Sequence record: OR699282.2
Length of the DNA: 64,000 bases
Direction: 5' to 3' (one strand)
The translations under genes and the position numbers were made by a program. Every line of letters begins with the position of its first letter. The first letter of the stretch is position 1. Shown piece by piece: positions 49,501 through 60,571 of this stretch. The notes below the pieces were generated by a model, which saw only the letters and a program-made list of their open reading frames with translations, was not told where the DNA came from and did no database searches.

Positions 49501-52500
49501 TATGAACACTATAATCTGCGTAAAGCATATCATTGAGTTCAACTGTACTGTTTTCACGACCAATCGCTTTCCAATAAATTGAATCGCGTGATTGTGATTT
49601 AATATACAATGTCCAAATGTTTTCACTATCGGTAACTCTGATAATATCGCCAACTTGGTAGTTTTTAGTATTAGCATCTTCTAAGCTTGACTCTTGAGTA
49701 TAAGTCGTGTTACTATCATATCCAACATCATACCAATCAGCATATGACCAGTACTGAGTCATGTCTAATGAGGTTCCTAGTGATTCAACATAATCAGATT
49801 GTTTAATCATTTTATGTTGTCCCTCACCTTTGTTTTCTAACGTTATAGTAACAACACTACCCGCGTTTGCTGGACTATTCATTAACTGAATATATCCATT
49901 TTCGTCGAAGTGAATAAAATAAACAGCACTAGAAGTTAATGGATTTGGTAGATATCCACTAGTACTTAAAATAACAGCGTCATTTTCTTTAAATTTATCA
50001 CTTTCAACTGCAATAACTAATTCATTATTGTAAGACAACACACGGAAAGAAACTTCATTAGGGTTAACTTCAGTGGTTTTAACATTAAACACATCTTCCA
50101 TAACAACACTATTAGTGGTTATGTTTTGTGACCTATAATAATTATTAGCACTTTCTACAAAGTTTCTACGAGCTTCTATAACATTTTGGAACCAAGTTTT
50201 GTTTGATCCTAAACCGTTATCAACATCTGGATATAATAAATTAATCACAGAACCTGATTCAGTTGTTTCTTGACCAATTAGTGAGTTCCACATTGAATCC
50301 CAAATTAGTGGGTTAAAGTTATAGCTGTCACCTTCTTTACATAGTTGATACTGGTCATGTTTAACAACTTCAGTACTATCCATGTAATAAGAAACAGTTA
50401 AAATACTGGTATCATCATTCACTTTAAATTGCATATTACTAAGAATAAACGAGTTTTCATTTATTGGAGCGAACCAAGGAATGTTTAGCTGTGTTGGATC
50501 TTTAATAATACGAGCAATGTCAGTACATGATTTCGTTCTGGTATGTAGTGGTGGTACATAAATTGTATCACGTACCCAGAAATAGTATTTTGTCACATAA
50601 CTATCAGTTGAACTATCATATTCCAAAAATGTACTATAATTATCTTCAAGTGCAGTTCCACTTGGTAGATACATAGTATTATTTTTGTTTTTCTTAGCAA
50701 CATCTTTACAGTATTTGTCCCAGTTATATGGCTCAACTGGTGAACAAACCCACTCTAACACATCAATGGTACTATGTGGCAACAAACGGCCCCAGTTGTA
50801 ACGTTTGTATTCATTGGTTGCATCAATATCAACATTACCGTCTGCGTCATAAATTGCACGAGTATAATCCAAATAAAATGCAGTGCTAGTGTTCCACCAT
50901 ACTTGACCAACTTTATCAGCACCCCAAGCCTGGATTAACTCTCCATTACTATTATACTGTGCAGGATCAACTGGTGAAGTATATGTTACGTTTTGCATAG
51001 CCGCACCTGGAATAACACCATTAATTGGGTCATAAACATTTAGATATAGCTCAGTAATGTTAGTACGTTCATCATATGTCGTTGGACGATCAAATAAAGT
51101 ACTTTGTGGTGCTTTAAAACTATATTTCTTGTCAATGTAAGCTTGACGTTCATCAGTACTGGCAAAACGTGATACATAACGATACAAACGTGGACGTGTA
51201 TCTGGATCAGTAAATTCAATATCAATAGAAGTGTCAAATGGAACTACCATAACTTTAGGATCAGAACCAGCAGTATAATATTGACTTTCTACTGTTAAAG
51301 TATCTGGCATAAAGTTAGTTTCATCAACAAAATAATAATAATCACCATCTTCAAGTGGTACATTATCAGTTAAAGTTACTTTACAAAATTGTTCAGCATA
51401 CACATCGGTATTTTCAATAGGTGTTATAGAAACCATTTGCACATTAGTATCAACCAATTCAAAAATGTTCCACAAACCATTACCGTCTTTAAACATCCAC
51501 ACAGATTCAGGATTTTCACCTTTACCATTAGTATAAGTTATGCGGTCATTATATGCAGTACTGAAATCTTTTGTTGTGTACGATACTTCATCCAATGTTA
51601 CTGGACCAATATCTGGAAGTTGGATGTTTTCACTTCTTCCACTACGCATTGGGAATGAGAACTTACCATTTGGACGTGTAATCCAACGAGGATCTTTACC
51701 TTGCTCACCGAAGTATACAATATGATTACCATTACCATTTGAAGTTGCATTTACATCAAAAGAAACCATTTGAGGTTGTTGTTTAAATTGGTCATTGATT
51801 AGTTTAAATTGAAGGTTTTTCTTACCATCAATATTACCATATGTACCAATTTTAAATGCCCATTCTTGTAATGCTTTATATTCATCAGTGTCATATGATT
51901 TAGAAACACGAAGTACACGTTCTAAAACTTGGTTAGTACCTTTATCGTGAATGAATCCTTTATAGAAATCAACACGACTAACATCACTACTAATCATACG
52001 CTGTAGATAATCACGAGATTGATAACCAATCAAATGGTTTGACAACTCTTGTAATTGTACATCACTTACTGGAGTTTCACTATCATAATAATGTTGGAAA
52101 TCCGACACTAATTTTTCAAATGATGGTAGTGTTCCAGCTTCCAAGATAATAAATCCAGGAGCTTGTAGGCGACCAGTCCATGAACCAGTAATATATCCAT
52201 ACATTTTAATTAGTTCTTGAATAGAACCATATGTTGGCTGATAAATGTAATCACCAAAAATAGTTTTATCATCAAAAATAACAGCATGTTCATATGAACA
52301 CAAACTTAAACGAATCAATGCAATGCGTTTATTAGATTCTAAAGTTCTAACAGTGAAGATATTTCCAATACGAGAAGTTTCAATTTCATATTGGCGAATA
52401 CCTTGGTTATTATCATCAAGTAATGACCATACACCACCATTATTTTGCGTAATAGATTGTACTGAACCAAAGTCTGCCCCAAATTTAGCGTTTGCAGCAC

Positions 52501-55500
52501 TTGGGGTACAAGAAATAAATTCACCAGTTACTAGAGAATTCTGACTCCAGATCACGAAATCTTTAGCAATAGTGTTCCAATCTTGTTGAGCACCACTATC
52601 ATTTACATCTTCAAAAATCCAACCATGTTCTTTAAGATATTCACCATATCCACAAATAAAAGTATAAACTTCTTGGTAACTATTGAAAACTTTACCATAT
52701 TCAATTGAAGCTTCAGACTTCCATTCATTATAATGAACAACATTACGGTTTTCCAATTTAAGAGTTACTTTTCTACCATTTTTTACTGGAAGTTTATATT
52801 TAAATTTAGCACCAACTAGATCATATCCATCAATCTGATATGCACTACCATTCCAAGTAATTTTGATCGCACTCATTTGCTCATCACGGATATTATTAGA
52901 ACGAACAAGACCAATGGTTTGGTTTTCTTGTGAAATAAGACCGAAAGATTTAGCATTGAATGTTAGCTGATCTGCTTTAGTAAATCCTCCAATTTTATGA
53001 CCAACATTTATATAAGAAGAACGAACTACATCCCCATACTTGGTAGTAATATTTTTATTTTGATACATCAAATGGTCACTTACAAACATTTGATAACCAA
53101 TTGTTCTTGTGCTATTTTCACCATGAACTACTGTATTTTTATCAAAATTAATACGCTTACGTGTATCACCATAAAGGAATTGTGAACCATCAGTGAATAC
53201 TTCTTTTAAGTTATCGTTGCGGGTATCCCAGAAATAGTTAGCAAATTGTGCTGGTTTAGCTTTATACAAAAGCATCATTTGGTCATATGCAAACAATGTA
53301 GTGTTCATGTATGTAAATTCCATGTCACCCATATCACCATATGTCCAAGGTTCTGCTCTATGATTTAAAGATCCAGACACTAAACCTAAAATTTCAGGTG
53401 CAATATATTCAACCACACAAATATCAATACCAGAAGATGTTTTATTTCCAGTTTTTGTAATTTTGAATGGCTGTACACCAAATCTTTTATATTTGTCATA
53501 TTGACCACGACGATCACCAAATAAAATAGTTCCAGTACTGCTATCGCCAATAGTTCCGTCAATATCCCAAAGACCACTAGGAACTAAATCACCTTGCTCA
53601 TTCATAACAAGTGCTTCATATACATATACAACATCACTATCACGTTCACCAACTTGAACAGCCGTTGGTTCGTATTCTTGGTTCCACCAAGTTGGACGTT
53701 GTGTAAAGCCAAACATTTCCCACGGATGGGTAGCTGGGCGATATGTACCATATTGGTCAGTGTAAATGGCACGCCATGAACCACGTGCAGGAATTTCAGT
53801 ACTTTGACCATTAACTACATAATAAGTGCCAGTATAGTTCCAAGTTCTCCAATTGTTAGGATCATAATCATGTGTACTATTACTGATACCATTAGTTGCG
53901 GTGAAGTTAATGTATCCACGTAGTAATAATGTTTGTTTCTCTTCAGCACTATATTCAGTTTTAGTGAAATATGGTGTAGGGAAAAGGTCATCACTATTCA
54001 ATACTGGTACGTAATCAACATCTTTGAATTTATTATCAATACTATTAAAAATTCTATTTTCTAATTCATATACAACATCATCCATTTTATCAACACCATT
54101 GATAACACGGTATGCTTTGGAAATAATACCAGTATGACTGATGTTATAACAGCTTGGTTTACTACCAGCAGTGAGGAATGTCGCTTTTTCTGGTACATAT
54201 GCTTGAAGAATACCTAAGAACTGTGGTGTTGGTGGTATAAATGCACGAATGAATCCAGAAGTACTTCCAACATTATCATAATAGAATGGGAATGAACTAT
54301 CACGTCCCATATTAATAGTAGTTAAAATTGCATCAACAATGTTTGCAGCACTATTTTGTAAAAAGTCTGATGGATTTTCATCATACATACGAAGCATTTG
54401 TGTATTAAATTTATTAATGAATCTAAAATATTCAGATTGCATAAACATAGTTGCTTCAAACAAATCAATATCTTCATTTGCAGTATGTGCCATCAATGGA
54501 AGCATAGATGCTTCATTTTGGATAATTTTAGTACCTACGCCATTATTAACCAATCCTTTAGCCAAACGTTCTTCATAGTCATTGAAATCATCAGAAGAAC
54601 CACGTGTAATGTTCTTTTGAATAATATCCTGAAAATGTAAAGTGTAGTCACCTTGGTTAATGTATATAATATTAGAATTATATGGGTTATTTTGTAGGTT
54701 GATTGGAACTTCATATGCACCTAATTCTTTATTAGGAGTTACAGTACTGCTATAAGTTCTAATTTGAATAACAGAATCTTCATCCAATTCTACAGTACTA
54801 TCTAGAGTGATGCTTTGTACTTGACCTTTTGAAACATTTTTGGTATATTTGGACACATCAACACCATCAACCACAACTTCAATAATATCAGAATCATTAT
54901 CTAAAACTTTTTGTGCCAATTCGAATGTATGGTCATATTTTACAATCTGAACACCATCACCAGTAATTGGATGCCAATCTAGATAAGTTTCACGGTCAGC
55001 TTTATAGTACTGATATGTTCTATCAACTTCAATAACATATGCATACATACCATCAACTGGTTCTTTAAAAACTTCCATATCATAAACAGTACTGAATACA
55101 CGATACATATCAGTACGTTGGACTTGTGGAGTTTGTTTTACAAATTGTTTAGAGTACTCTTCTGAACGAACCCAATCGGTTTGAAGATTCATTTCATTAT
55201 TTTCATCAATAATGTTATAATAGTATAAACCATCAATTTCAACTTCTTTTCCAAGATGGTCATAGGTATAACGTTGGGATTGTAAAAAGTTTTCATAAAT
55301 GTAATAATTATAATCACCAAGTTCAATGTTATATCCATATACACTATCAGTTGCATAGTTGTAATTTATTTTAAAACCAAACAACTCTGAACCTTTAAAG
55401 TTACTTGATGGATATGTAGTACTGTTGTCAAGTTTGATACCATTACGATCATAAAGTTGGAATTTAGGGAATACGTTAACACTAGTTTTTGATTGTGCAC

Positions 55501-56518
55501 GAACCCACAAAGATCCATTCCAGTACATAGAACTATTACCATACTCATTACCTTTAGTGATTAGAACAACATCACCATCTTGAGGTTCACCACTTGGGCG
55601 TGATTCGGTTTCTTCTTCTGGATCTAGTGCTAAACCATAAACACGAGTACCATCTTGCATTTTTTTCACATATACATTATAAATTCTATTGTTTTCACCA
55701 TTGTTACCAATACTGGTGAATAGAATACGCATTCCATCTTGCGGAATAATACCATCAATACGTATACCACTATTAATATCTTTTTGAACGATATCTTCAG
55801 GTTTAATAATATCAGAGAACAGATCAACAGTTCCACGGAATTTTGTACCGTAGTTAATTAGCTCAATATTTTTATTATATTCAATAATTGGTGCACGTGC
55901 ACGAATAAAACGTGAATCTTGCATTAATTCTTCAGTTAATATTGAGCCATCTTCTAATGTTTCACCTAAAGTATACCAAAAGTTTTGTAGTGACCATGTA
56001 TTACCATTAAGTGCTCCACGTTCCATTACAATGTAATCAGGTGAAGTAATATTATAAGAGTTTTTAGTATCCCAAAGATATGAGCTAAAATTGTTCATTT
56101 TATTTGGGTTAATAGCTGGAGTCCATGCATAAAACTTACCGTTGAACAAACGGCTTTCATTATCGGTTAGTGCTCCATAATGATTCATGTATCCAACTAG
56201 ATCATCATAAAATTGAATTGAACGAATTGTCGAATCATCATTTTTTGAGACGTAAGCAGTGGACAACTGATAAAGTTGACGTGCTACAGTACTTTCATGT
56301 AAGAAGATATTACCAGCAGCGGCAGGAGAACCCATATCACCAATATAGCCGTCAACTAATTCGTTTTCAGCCGGATTAAACCATTGTTGAATAACATCAT
56401 CACTGACTTTTTGAATATCTTCTAAGCCTTGCATCCACTCAGGCAATCTTTTAATAAAAAGCTTCTTCTGTACTGCTTCAGCCATCTGTGTAGGTTGAAA
56501 CTTAAAATTATTAGTCAT
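46547..56518 (-). CDS. giant baseplate wedge-like structural protein, about 3320 aa
   Basis: Continuous ORF directly downstream of the gp6-like gene; YFEEVKPYRTKIR and EWAFKIG.YG motifs; likely start ATG 56518 (GGAG RBS). Confidence 0.75.
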   Translation of the reverse strand: MTNNFKFQPTQMAEAVQKKLFIKRLPEWMQGLEDIQKVSDDVIQQWFNPAENELVDGYIGDMGSPAAAGNIFLHESTVARQLYQLSTAYVSKNDDSTIRSIQFYDDLVGYMNHYGALTDNESRLFNGKFYAWTPAINPNKMNNFSSYLWDTKNSYNITSPDYIVMERGALNGNTWSLQNFWYTLGETLEDGSILTEELMQDSRFIRARAPIIEYNKNIELINYGTKFRGTVDLFSDIIKPEDIVQKDINSGIRIDGIIPQDGMRILFTSIGNNGENNRIYNVYVKKMQDGTRVYGLALDPEEETESRPSGEPQDGDVVLITKGNEYGNSSMYWNGSLWVRAQSKTSVNVFPKFQLYDRNGIKLDNSTTYPSSNFKGSELFGFKINYNYATDSVYGYNIELGDYNYYIYENFLQSQRYTYDHLGKEVEIDGLYYYNIIDENNEMNLQTDWVRSEEYSKQFVKQTPQVQRTDMYRVFSTVYDMEVFKEPVDGMYAYVIEVDRTYQYYKADRETYLDWHPITGDGVQIVKYDHTFELAQKVLDNDSDIIEVVVDGVDVSKYTKNVSKGQVQSITLDSTVELDEDSVIQIRTYSSTVTPNKELGAYEVPINLQNNPYNSNIIYINQGDYTLHFQDIIQKNITRGSSDDFNDYEERLAKGLVNNGVGTKIIQNEASMLPLMAHTANEDIDLFEATMFMQSEYFRFINKFNTQMLRMYDENPSDFLQNSAANIVDAILTTINMGRDSSFPFYYDNVGSTSGFIRAFIPPTPQFLGILQAYVPEKATFLTAGSKPSCYNISHTGIISKAYRVINGVDKMDDVVYELENRIFNSIDNKFKDVDYVPVLNSDDLFPTPYFTKTEYSAEEKQTLLLRGYINFTATNGISNSTHDYDPNNWRTWNYTGTYYVVNGQSTEIPARGSWRAIYTDQYGTYRPATHPWEMFGFTQRPTWWNQEYEPTAVQVGERDSDVVYVYEALVMNEQGDLVPSGLWDIDGTIGDSSTGTILFGDRRGQYDKYKRFGVQPFKITKTGNKTSSGIDICVVEYIAPEILGLVSGSLNHRAEPWTYGDMGDMEFTYMNTTLFAYDQMMLLYKAKPAQFANYFWDTRNDNLKEVFTDGSQFLYGDTRKRINFDKNTVVHGENSTRTIGYQMFVSDHLMYQNKNITTKYGDVVRSSYINVGHKIGGFTKADQLTFNAKSFGLISQENQTIGLVRSNNIRDEQMSAIKITWNGSAYQIDGYDLVGAKFKYKLPVKNGRKVTLKLENRNVVHYNEWKSEASIEYGKVFNSYQEVYTFICGYGEYLKEHGWIFEDVNDSGAQQDWNTIAKDFVIWSQNSLVTGEFISCTPSAANAKFGADFGSVQSITQNNGGVWSLLDDNNQGIRQYEIETSRIGNIFTVRTLESNKRIALIRLSLCSYEHAVIFDDKTIFGDYIYQPTYGSIQELIKMYGYITGSWTGRLQAPGFIILEAGTLPSFEKLVSDFQHYYDSETPVSDVQLQELSNHLIGYQSRDYLQRMISSDVSRVDFYKGFIHDKGTNQVLERVLRVSKSYDTDEYKALQEWAFKIGTYGNIDGKKNLQFKLINDQFKQQPQMVSFDVNATSNGNGNHIVYFGEQGKDPRWITRPNGKFSFPMRSGRSENIQLPDIGPVTLDEVSYTTKDFSTAYNDRITYTNGKGENPESVWMFKDGNGLWNIFELVDTNVQMVSITPIENTDVYAEQFCKVTLTDNVPLEDGDYYYFVDETNFMPDTLTVESQYYTAGSDPKVMVVPFDTSIDIEFTDPDTRPRLYRYVSRFASTDERQAYIDKKYSFKAPQSTLFDRPTTYDERTNITELYLNVYDPINGVIPGAAMQNVTYTSPVDPAQYNSNGELIQAWGADKVGQVWWNTSTAFYLDYTRAIYDADGNVDIDATNEYKRYNWGRLLPHSTIDVLEWVCSPVEPYNWDKYCKDVAKKNKNNTMYLPSGTALEDNYSTFLEYDSSTDSYVTKYYFWVRDTIYVPPLHTRTKSCTDIARIIKDPTQLNIPWFAPINENSFILSNMQFKVNDDTSILTVSYYMDSTEVVKHDQYQLCKEGDSYNFNPLIWDSMWNSLIGQETTESGSVINLLYPDVDNGLGSNKTWFQNVIEARRNFVESANNYYRSQNITTNSVVMEDVFNVKTTEVNPNEVSFRVLSYNNELVIAVESDKFKENDAVILSTSGYLPNPLTSSAVYFIHFDENGYIQLMNSPANAGSVVTITLENKGEGQHKMIKQSDYVESLGTSLDMTQYWSYADWYDVGYDSNTTYTQESSLEDANTKNYQVGDIIRVTDSENIWTLYIKSQSRDSIYWKAIGRENSTVELNDMLYADYSVHNDNGSLSNREINVRKALALLKNSFDLHQSEIVFDMVKYVHVEQSVVDWVFKTSYIYIVGLEQSLVQNYSNDNLINQIVEYFEEVKPYRTKIRSQIEQKTSDDDLIKGLCNDLDPNGYIFVDSSWIKTEKDIWDYEYAQFNEITQKWEQVGSLPSDFVTPNRRFQEIDIIMHYDNIQCKPNEDLASINELVSVNNKYQSNEKDAVSNYELQRYIYSFPEYSEETFDLLIAYQMQIYYPELDVTLGTAYGVNQWYKDHAEDLEATDEFTATLERVYKESTHNDMFTDLRQYVQYNTLANRLKLYKDISDEKIHDEVGCGFSGLTYNDNPSTRLPLGFSSSNDYNYGYFEISSELYQKYISLIKDKNPDASDYEVKVKLEVEYGVYVYRYDEVGGDTRFYTDAIHVLAGMRGLFDKDATDKYEKAEEILSKTPIDIYAITMIPRKYVYLNVNGVYQSIPDEQSIDDFMEDYFITNGEMVELAEINLDDLPLDQNNPMYSDYQYILDSITEAKYFNDMNAFDNLALESQTSSIKWEVKDDEVDPYIVDISDINPSGRDVGQIRFTVDGYGFDNVSLVQLRDNSRYQTEGMAIINPYKHTEAIVSIPSYAKIENDINKTTSKFDEKYFYRVRSINSLTEAEIVDNDLSDGDKVMIFTPDGEDFVRYQNHTWETILRVSNIKNNTTPILFTVRNTGKETIELIDESTGAVLRYDNITLAQQNEPVQPLALNIVRVRTFADPEFVKNGIKLYEQNRNYTIDVINYDVFYDTTLNGGKYNDGITPDDVDVWIISNEIFDVDGITIDNGYNLPITGAGVLSELARTKMTDSLEINVIEYDSSVIQPFRNNEGIWVYGFPMVDGMYIGVVGGTVTNITTISEENTTYVSQPKSISPYSIRNNVLSGSAANMNDIISIGYEKVEVRNANNLLRGVMYSAEHDFKLNTTYSFNGINLGNYDMLKRYTQNSYTIDLSVYTDSLQVSGNDIKNILLVK

Positions 56519-56566
56519 TTTTGGACTCCATATAATTCGTTCATTCATTTGATTTATTTATGATAT

Positions 56567-56591
56567 AAAAAAGGCGTTCCGAAGAACGCCC
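56567..56591 (-). terminator. intrinsic terminator with UUCG loop
   Basis: Minus strand GGCGTTC-TTCG-GAACGCC-T6. Confidence 0.85.
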
Positions 56592-56597
56592 GTTATA

Positions 56598-59500
56598 TTA
56601 AGAACCGATATTAATATTACTTTTAGCTAGTGAGTTAACAATTTGAACATTTTCAACAGATGCAGTACTCAAAAATATTTGGTCTGAACGTGAAGGGATT
56701 TCAAATAGAGAGCCAAATTTTGAATTTGGATTTTGTGCAACTATAACAATGGTACTAATATGCCTACCTAACTGTGAGTGTATGTAAGTACACAAATCAG
56801 TATAATAGAAACTTTCACCGAAATCCCAGTTATCAACATTGAAGTATTCATTAGTTAATGCTATGACATTTTGACGAATTTCATCATCACTCATTGTGCT
56901 GTTTGGTAATTTCACTACTTTAAAATCAGCTTTGTAATCTTCAGCAGCACTGTTGCCAAATAAAGGTAAGTACTCAGCACTATGCCAAATAATACTATCA
57001 CTAATGACTATTTTTTGTTCAACATCTTTGAACATATCTTTCAATTCAACAGATGTAGGTGGTTTAGGAATACTACCAACAGCATTATTTTTCAACCAAA
57101 CGTCAACTTCAGTTTTATATGAATTGGTTAATACATACATATCAATTAAGTTTGTTCTACTAGGATCAATGCGATTGTCGTCAGGTGCATAGTGTTTCCA
57201 ATGGAAGTCTATACTAGTACGTGCATTAGTTTTAACAGTGTACTGTGAAGTAACATCTTTGTATCCATAATAATCTAGCTTCTGATTCTCGTCAGCATTA
57301 GTTCCCATGTTATTAATTGCACGATAAAAAGCCAATTCAGGACTAACAGTGCCAGTATCATCGGAATAAGTTAAATTACTAATTAGCTGTCCTAAACGAT
57401 CATTGTTATTACCAACTGTTTGTTCAATAAAATAATATTTACCATCATAGTTAAAACCAACTAAAAATCCAGAACCTTTACTATATAATCCACTCAATGT
57501 GGTTGAACGAATTGCGTTATTTCTAACAAATTCAGTTCTTTTATATGCATTCGGCTCTGCCAAGGCTTGTTCCATTGTATAAGACCACGATGAATCAAGA
57601 AGTGTGAAGGTATCATTTGGTAACGACAGTACTGATATAGTGAAATCACTATTTTCCTGAAATACCAAAATACCACCATATTTTAATGCATCGGTTCCAG
57701 TCCAAGTAGGAACAATTTCTTTAAATTGGTTTGGTTCCAATGGTATACCATTACTATCTACTTTCCTAGATGTAACAATAACACGAGAACCATCTAGATA
57801 GCCATTCTCTTGTTGAATTGTGTCATAAATTTGAAAATCTATATTACTTGTCAATCCTGAATTACTACTACTAGTAGTGTTAGATGATAAAATTTCAATC
57901 TTATCACTTTGAACTGTACCAGTACTAATATCAGTAATTTTTTTAGATGATACAAAGTAAAATCTTACTTTTTCTCCACCCACAAAAATATATTCAATAC
58001 CGTTAGCATCAAATTCCCAAGTTTCTGCTGTATATTTTACATTAATTATAATTAAAACTTCATTGCCATTATATACAATAGTATCATCGTTGGTACTTAC
58101 TTCAATAGGAACCCATGATGTCGTTTCTTTGTCATGTACAATAACAAAATCAGTTTTTTTATCTAGCATAGCAGAAATTGCTTGAACTTCAACCGAGTTA
58201 AATCTAGTTCTATATGGTAAAATGTACTCTATGGCTTGCATTCCACTTGGAACCGATGTACTCAGTACATAAAATCCATTATCCAATACACTAACTACAC
58301 TAGCCCATATAGTAGTTCCAGAATTAGAAAATTTAATTAGAGTACCAACCTGATATGAACCATAAACTGTACCAGATGAACCCAAAATTCTACCATATGT
58401 GTTAGTTGTATAATTTGAATTGTATACCGGAGTCCATGCTTGTTGTATTTCAATACCAATTGTATTTGATGGAAACGCTTGGTAACGTTGTATTACCGCA
58501 TTTTCACCAATCAATGGTTGAATATTGTCAATAACAATACTAGCATTTGTTTTTGTAGTTGGTAGCAATAATGACCTATTAAATTGTGTGTTTTCTTGAT
58601 ATAATGCACCATCATCACTAAAAACATCGGTATTTTGATACTTACCAGTAGGATCATTAATATCAATAAATCTTGATTGTCCACTATAAATTCTATTAAT
58701 AGCTTTAGATTTAAGTACAGTATTGCCTAAACTAAGTGGTGCAATATTATAATCTTCACCATTGACAAAACGGTTTTGTGTATAGTACATTTGTGGTGCA
58801 CGTGCTTTAATCTGCTCAATAGTCTCTGCACTTTGTGCACGGTCGGACTCATATTGTAATGAAAAACGTATATCCAATGTACTAGATTCATAACTTGACT
58901 GTGTTTTTGTACGATATGTATATTTTACGCTTTTGTTTTGAATTTCAGAAGTTTTAATGTTATATGTTTTACCATTACTAACACGATACCATACGCGGAA
59001 CGTCCCACGGGGAACAACACCACTTCTTGAGTCTGGATACTTAATTGTTATTTGATCTTTATCACGAGTAGTAACAGCAAAAATTGTTTTTAATTGACGA
59101 TTAACAGTGTTATATGCAATACTTTCCATTGATGGAACTTTTGTCCATTTGGTACGAACAATACCATCTTCATTTATTTCTTGAACCCATACATCAGTTT
59201 CGTTGATATTATCAACGTTAATATCTTGTATACGGTTCTCTTCACGGATAGCATATTGATAATCTTGATATGTCAATGTACCTTGTACGAAATATACAAA
59301 AAAACCAGTATTTGGTGAGCTAAATCCATTACCATCATTTTGATAAACAATATATTTTTGCTCTTGTGGTTCTGGATGTCGTTCTTCAACACCAACAGAC
59401 GTAATATCAGGATTCACTACTTCAAATGTCATAGATTCACCATTGACAGTTGCAATAAATGGAATACTGGGTGCTGTCATTGGGATTGTGTTCATTCGAT

Positions 59501-60059
59501 ATAGTTGACGGGAGACACCATTAACATCAATACGCTTGACTGGATTACCAAATTGGTTAGTACTGACAAATGAACTGTTCATTACTAGAATGAAGTTTTC
59601 ATACCAGTTAGCATCCATCGGGTCATTCCAACGAATGATTTTATCTTTTAATGATTCATTAAAACTATTACGAACATCTTGGTTTGTTTTAATTTCGGTT
59701 AATTTAGCAACTGCACGACCTGGATATGAGCGGCGTGGTGAGTAAGAAATCATTTTAGCTAGTTTTAGTACTGATGCACGACGAGTTGCAGTATCTAAAA
59801 AGTTTTCACGTGTGTTCAAATCCATACGAAATGCCAAGTTCTGCCCTAGCATAGAAATCGTATCTAAAATAAAAATAAACTGGTCGTTTTCGATCCAGTC
59901 GTTGAATGAGTCTGGGTAAGTTGCACGTAGATAATCAATCATACTCTGACGGATAGTATCGAAGTCATAAGCTGTAAGATTGATTTTATAAAAACTTTCA
60001 TATACTTGAGTCCAATCCTCACCAGCGTATAAATTTGATTGCCTTTTTTGTTGTGACAT
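56598..60059 (-). CDS. baseplate wedge protein (T4 gp6-like), 1153 aa
   Basis: AYDFDTIRQSMIDYLR..YP..FND, ENFLDTA.RR.SVLKLAK..SY.PRR, ETIEQIK.RAP..YYTQNR.V..EDY. Confidence 0.88.
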   Translation of the reverse strand: MSQQKRQSNLYAGEDWTQVYESFYKINLTAYDFDTIRQSMIDYLRATYPDSFNDWIENDQFIFILDTISMLGQNLAFRMDLNTRENFLDTATRRASVLKLAKMISYSPRRSYPGRAVAKLTEIKTNQDVRNSFNESLKDKIIRWNDPMDANWYENFILVMNSSFVSTNQFGNPVKRIDVNGVSRQLYRMNTIPMTAPSIPFIATVNGESMTFEVVNPDITSVGVEERHPEPQEQKYIVYQNDGNGFSSPNTGFFVYFVQGTLTYQDYQYAIREENRIQDINVDNINETDVWVQEINEDGIVRTKWTKVPSMESIAYNTVNRQLKTIFAVTTRDKDQITIKYPDSRSGVVPRGTFRVWYRVSNGKTYNIKTSEIQNKSVKYTYRTKTQSSYESSTLDIRFSLQYESDRAQSAETIEQIKARAPQMYYTQNRFVNGEDYNIAPLSLGNTVLKSKAINRIYSGQSRFIDINDPTGKYQNTDVFSDDGALYQENTQFNRSLLLPTTKTNASIVIDNIQPLIGENAVIQRYQAFPSNTIGIEIQQAWTPVYNSNYTTNTYGRILGSSGTVYGSYQVGTLIKFSNSGTTIWASVVSVLDNGFYVLSTSVPSGMQAIEYILPYRTRFNSVEVQAISAMLDKKTDFVIVHDKETTSWVPIEVSTNDDTIVYNGNEVLIIINVKYTAETWEFDANGIEYIFVGGEKVRFYFVSSKKITDISTGTVQSDKIEILSSNTTSSSNSGLTSNIDFQIYDTIQQENGYLDGSRVIVTSRKVDSNGIPLEPNQFKEIVPTWTGTDALKYGGILVFQENSDFTISVLSLPNDTFTLLDSSWSYTMEQALAEPNAYKRTEFVRNNAIRSTTLSGLYSKGSGFLVGFNYDGKYYFIEQTVGNNNDRLGQLISNLTYSDDTGTVSPELAFYRAINNMGTNADENQKLDYYGYKDVTSQYTVKTNARTSIDFHWKHYAPDDNRIDPSRTNLIDMYVLTNSYKTEVDVWLKNNAVGSIPKPPTSVELKDMFKDVEQKIVISDSIIWHSAEYLPLFGNSAAEDYKADFKVVKLPNSTMSDDEIRQNVIALTNEYFNVDNWDFGESFYYTDLCTYIHSQLGRHISTIVIVAQNPNSKFGSLFEIPSRSDQIFLSTASVENVQIVNSLAKSNINIGS

Positions 60060-60126
60060 AATTTATTCCTTTAAATCAGTAAAGTACTAGTTCAGTACTG
60101 GGAATTATATATAGAAATATTTATTC

Positions 60127-60156
60127 AAAAAGAAAAGCACTCCGAAGAGTGCTTTT
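60127..60156 (-). terminator. intrinsic terminator with UUCG loop
   Basis: Minus strand AAAAGCACTC-TTCG-GAGTGCTTTT-CTTTT. Confidence 0.85.
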
Positions 60157-60160
60157 GTAA

Positions 60161-60556
60161 TTATAAAGACGATACTGAATATGTTGCCATTCTGTTATTA
60201 CTTCTTGCATCGAATACAATAGTAAGTTCTTCTAATGTATCCAATACTACGTACTGTAATACAATATTCATTTGGTATCCATATTCTATTCTTGAAATTT
60301 GCAATTTCTTAAGATTTAAGCGTGGATCTAAGCTAATTATTCTACGGGCATCTGCTTCCAAAAGGTTGATAGTATTATAACCTTCCAATTCAAACAGCAA
60401 ATCCCATGCAATAAAACCATAGTCAGCATCAAATGCTCTTTCGCCTTTTTTTGTATTGAAATGATTCATTAAATCTTGGCGAACCAATTCACTATCATAC
60501 AATGTTTCAGTTCTACCCACTACTGGGGTAGAAAAACCTTTAAAAACAACTGCCAT
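60161..60556 (-). CDS. baseplate gp25-like (sheath initiator)
   Basis: LVRQDLMNHFNTKKGER..D..YG...WDLLFE and II..DPRL motifs. Confidence 0.88.
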   Translation of the reverse strand: MAVVFKGFSTPVVGRTETLYDSELVRQDLMNHFNTKKGERAFDADYGFIAWDLLFELEGYNTINLLEADARRIISLDPRLNLKKLQISRIEYGYQMNIVLQYVVLDTLEELTIVFDARSNNRMATYSVSSL

Positions 60557-60571
60557 TGACTATTTCCTTTA

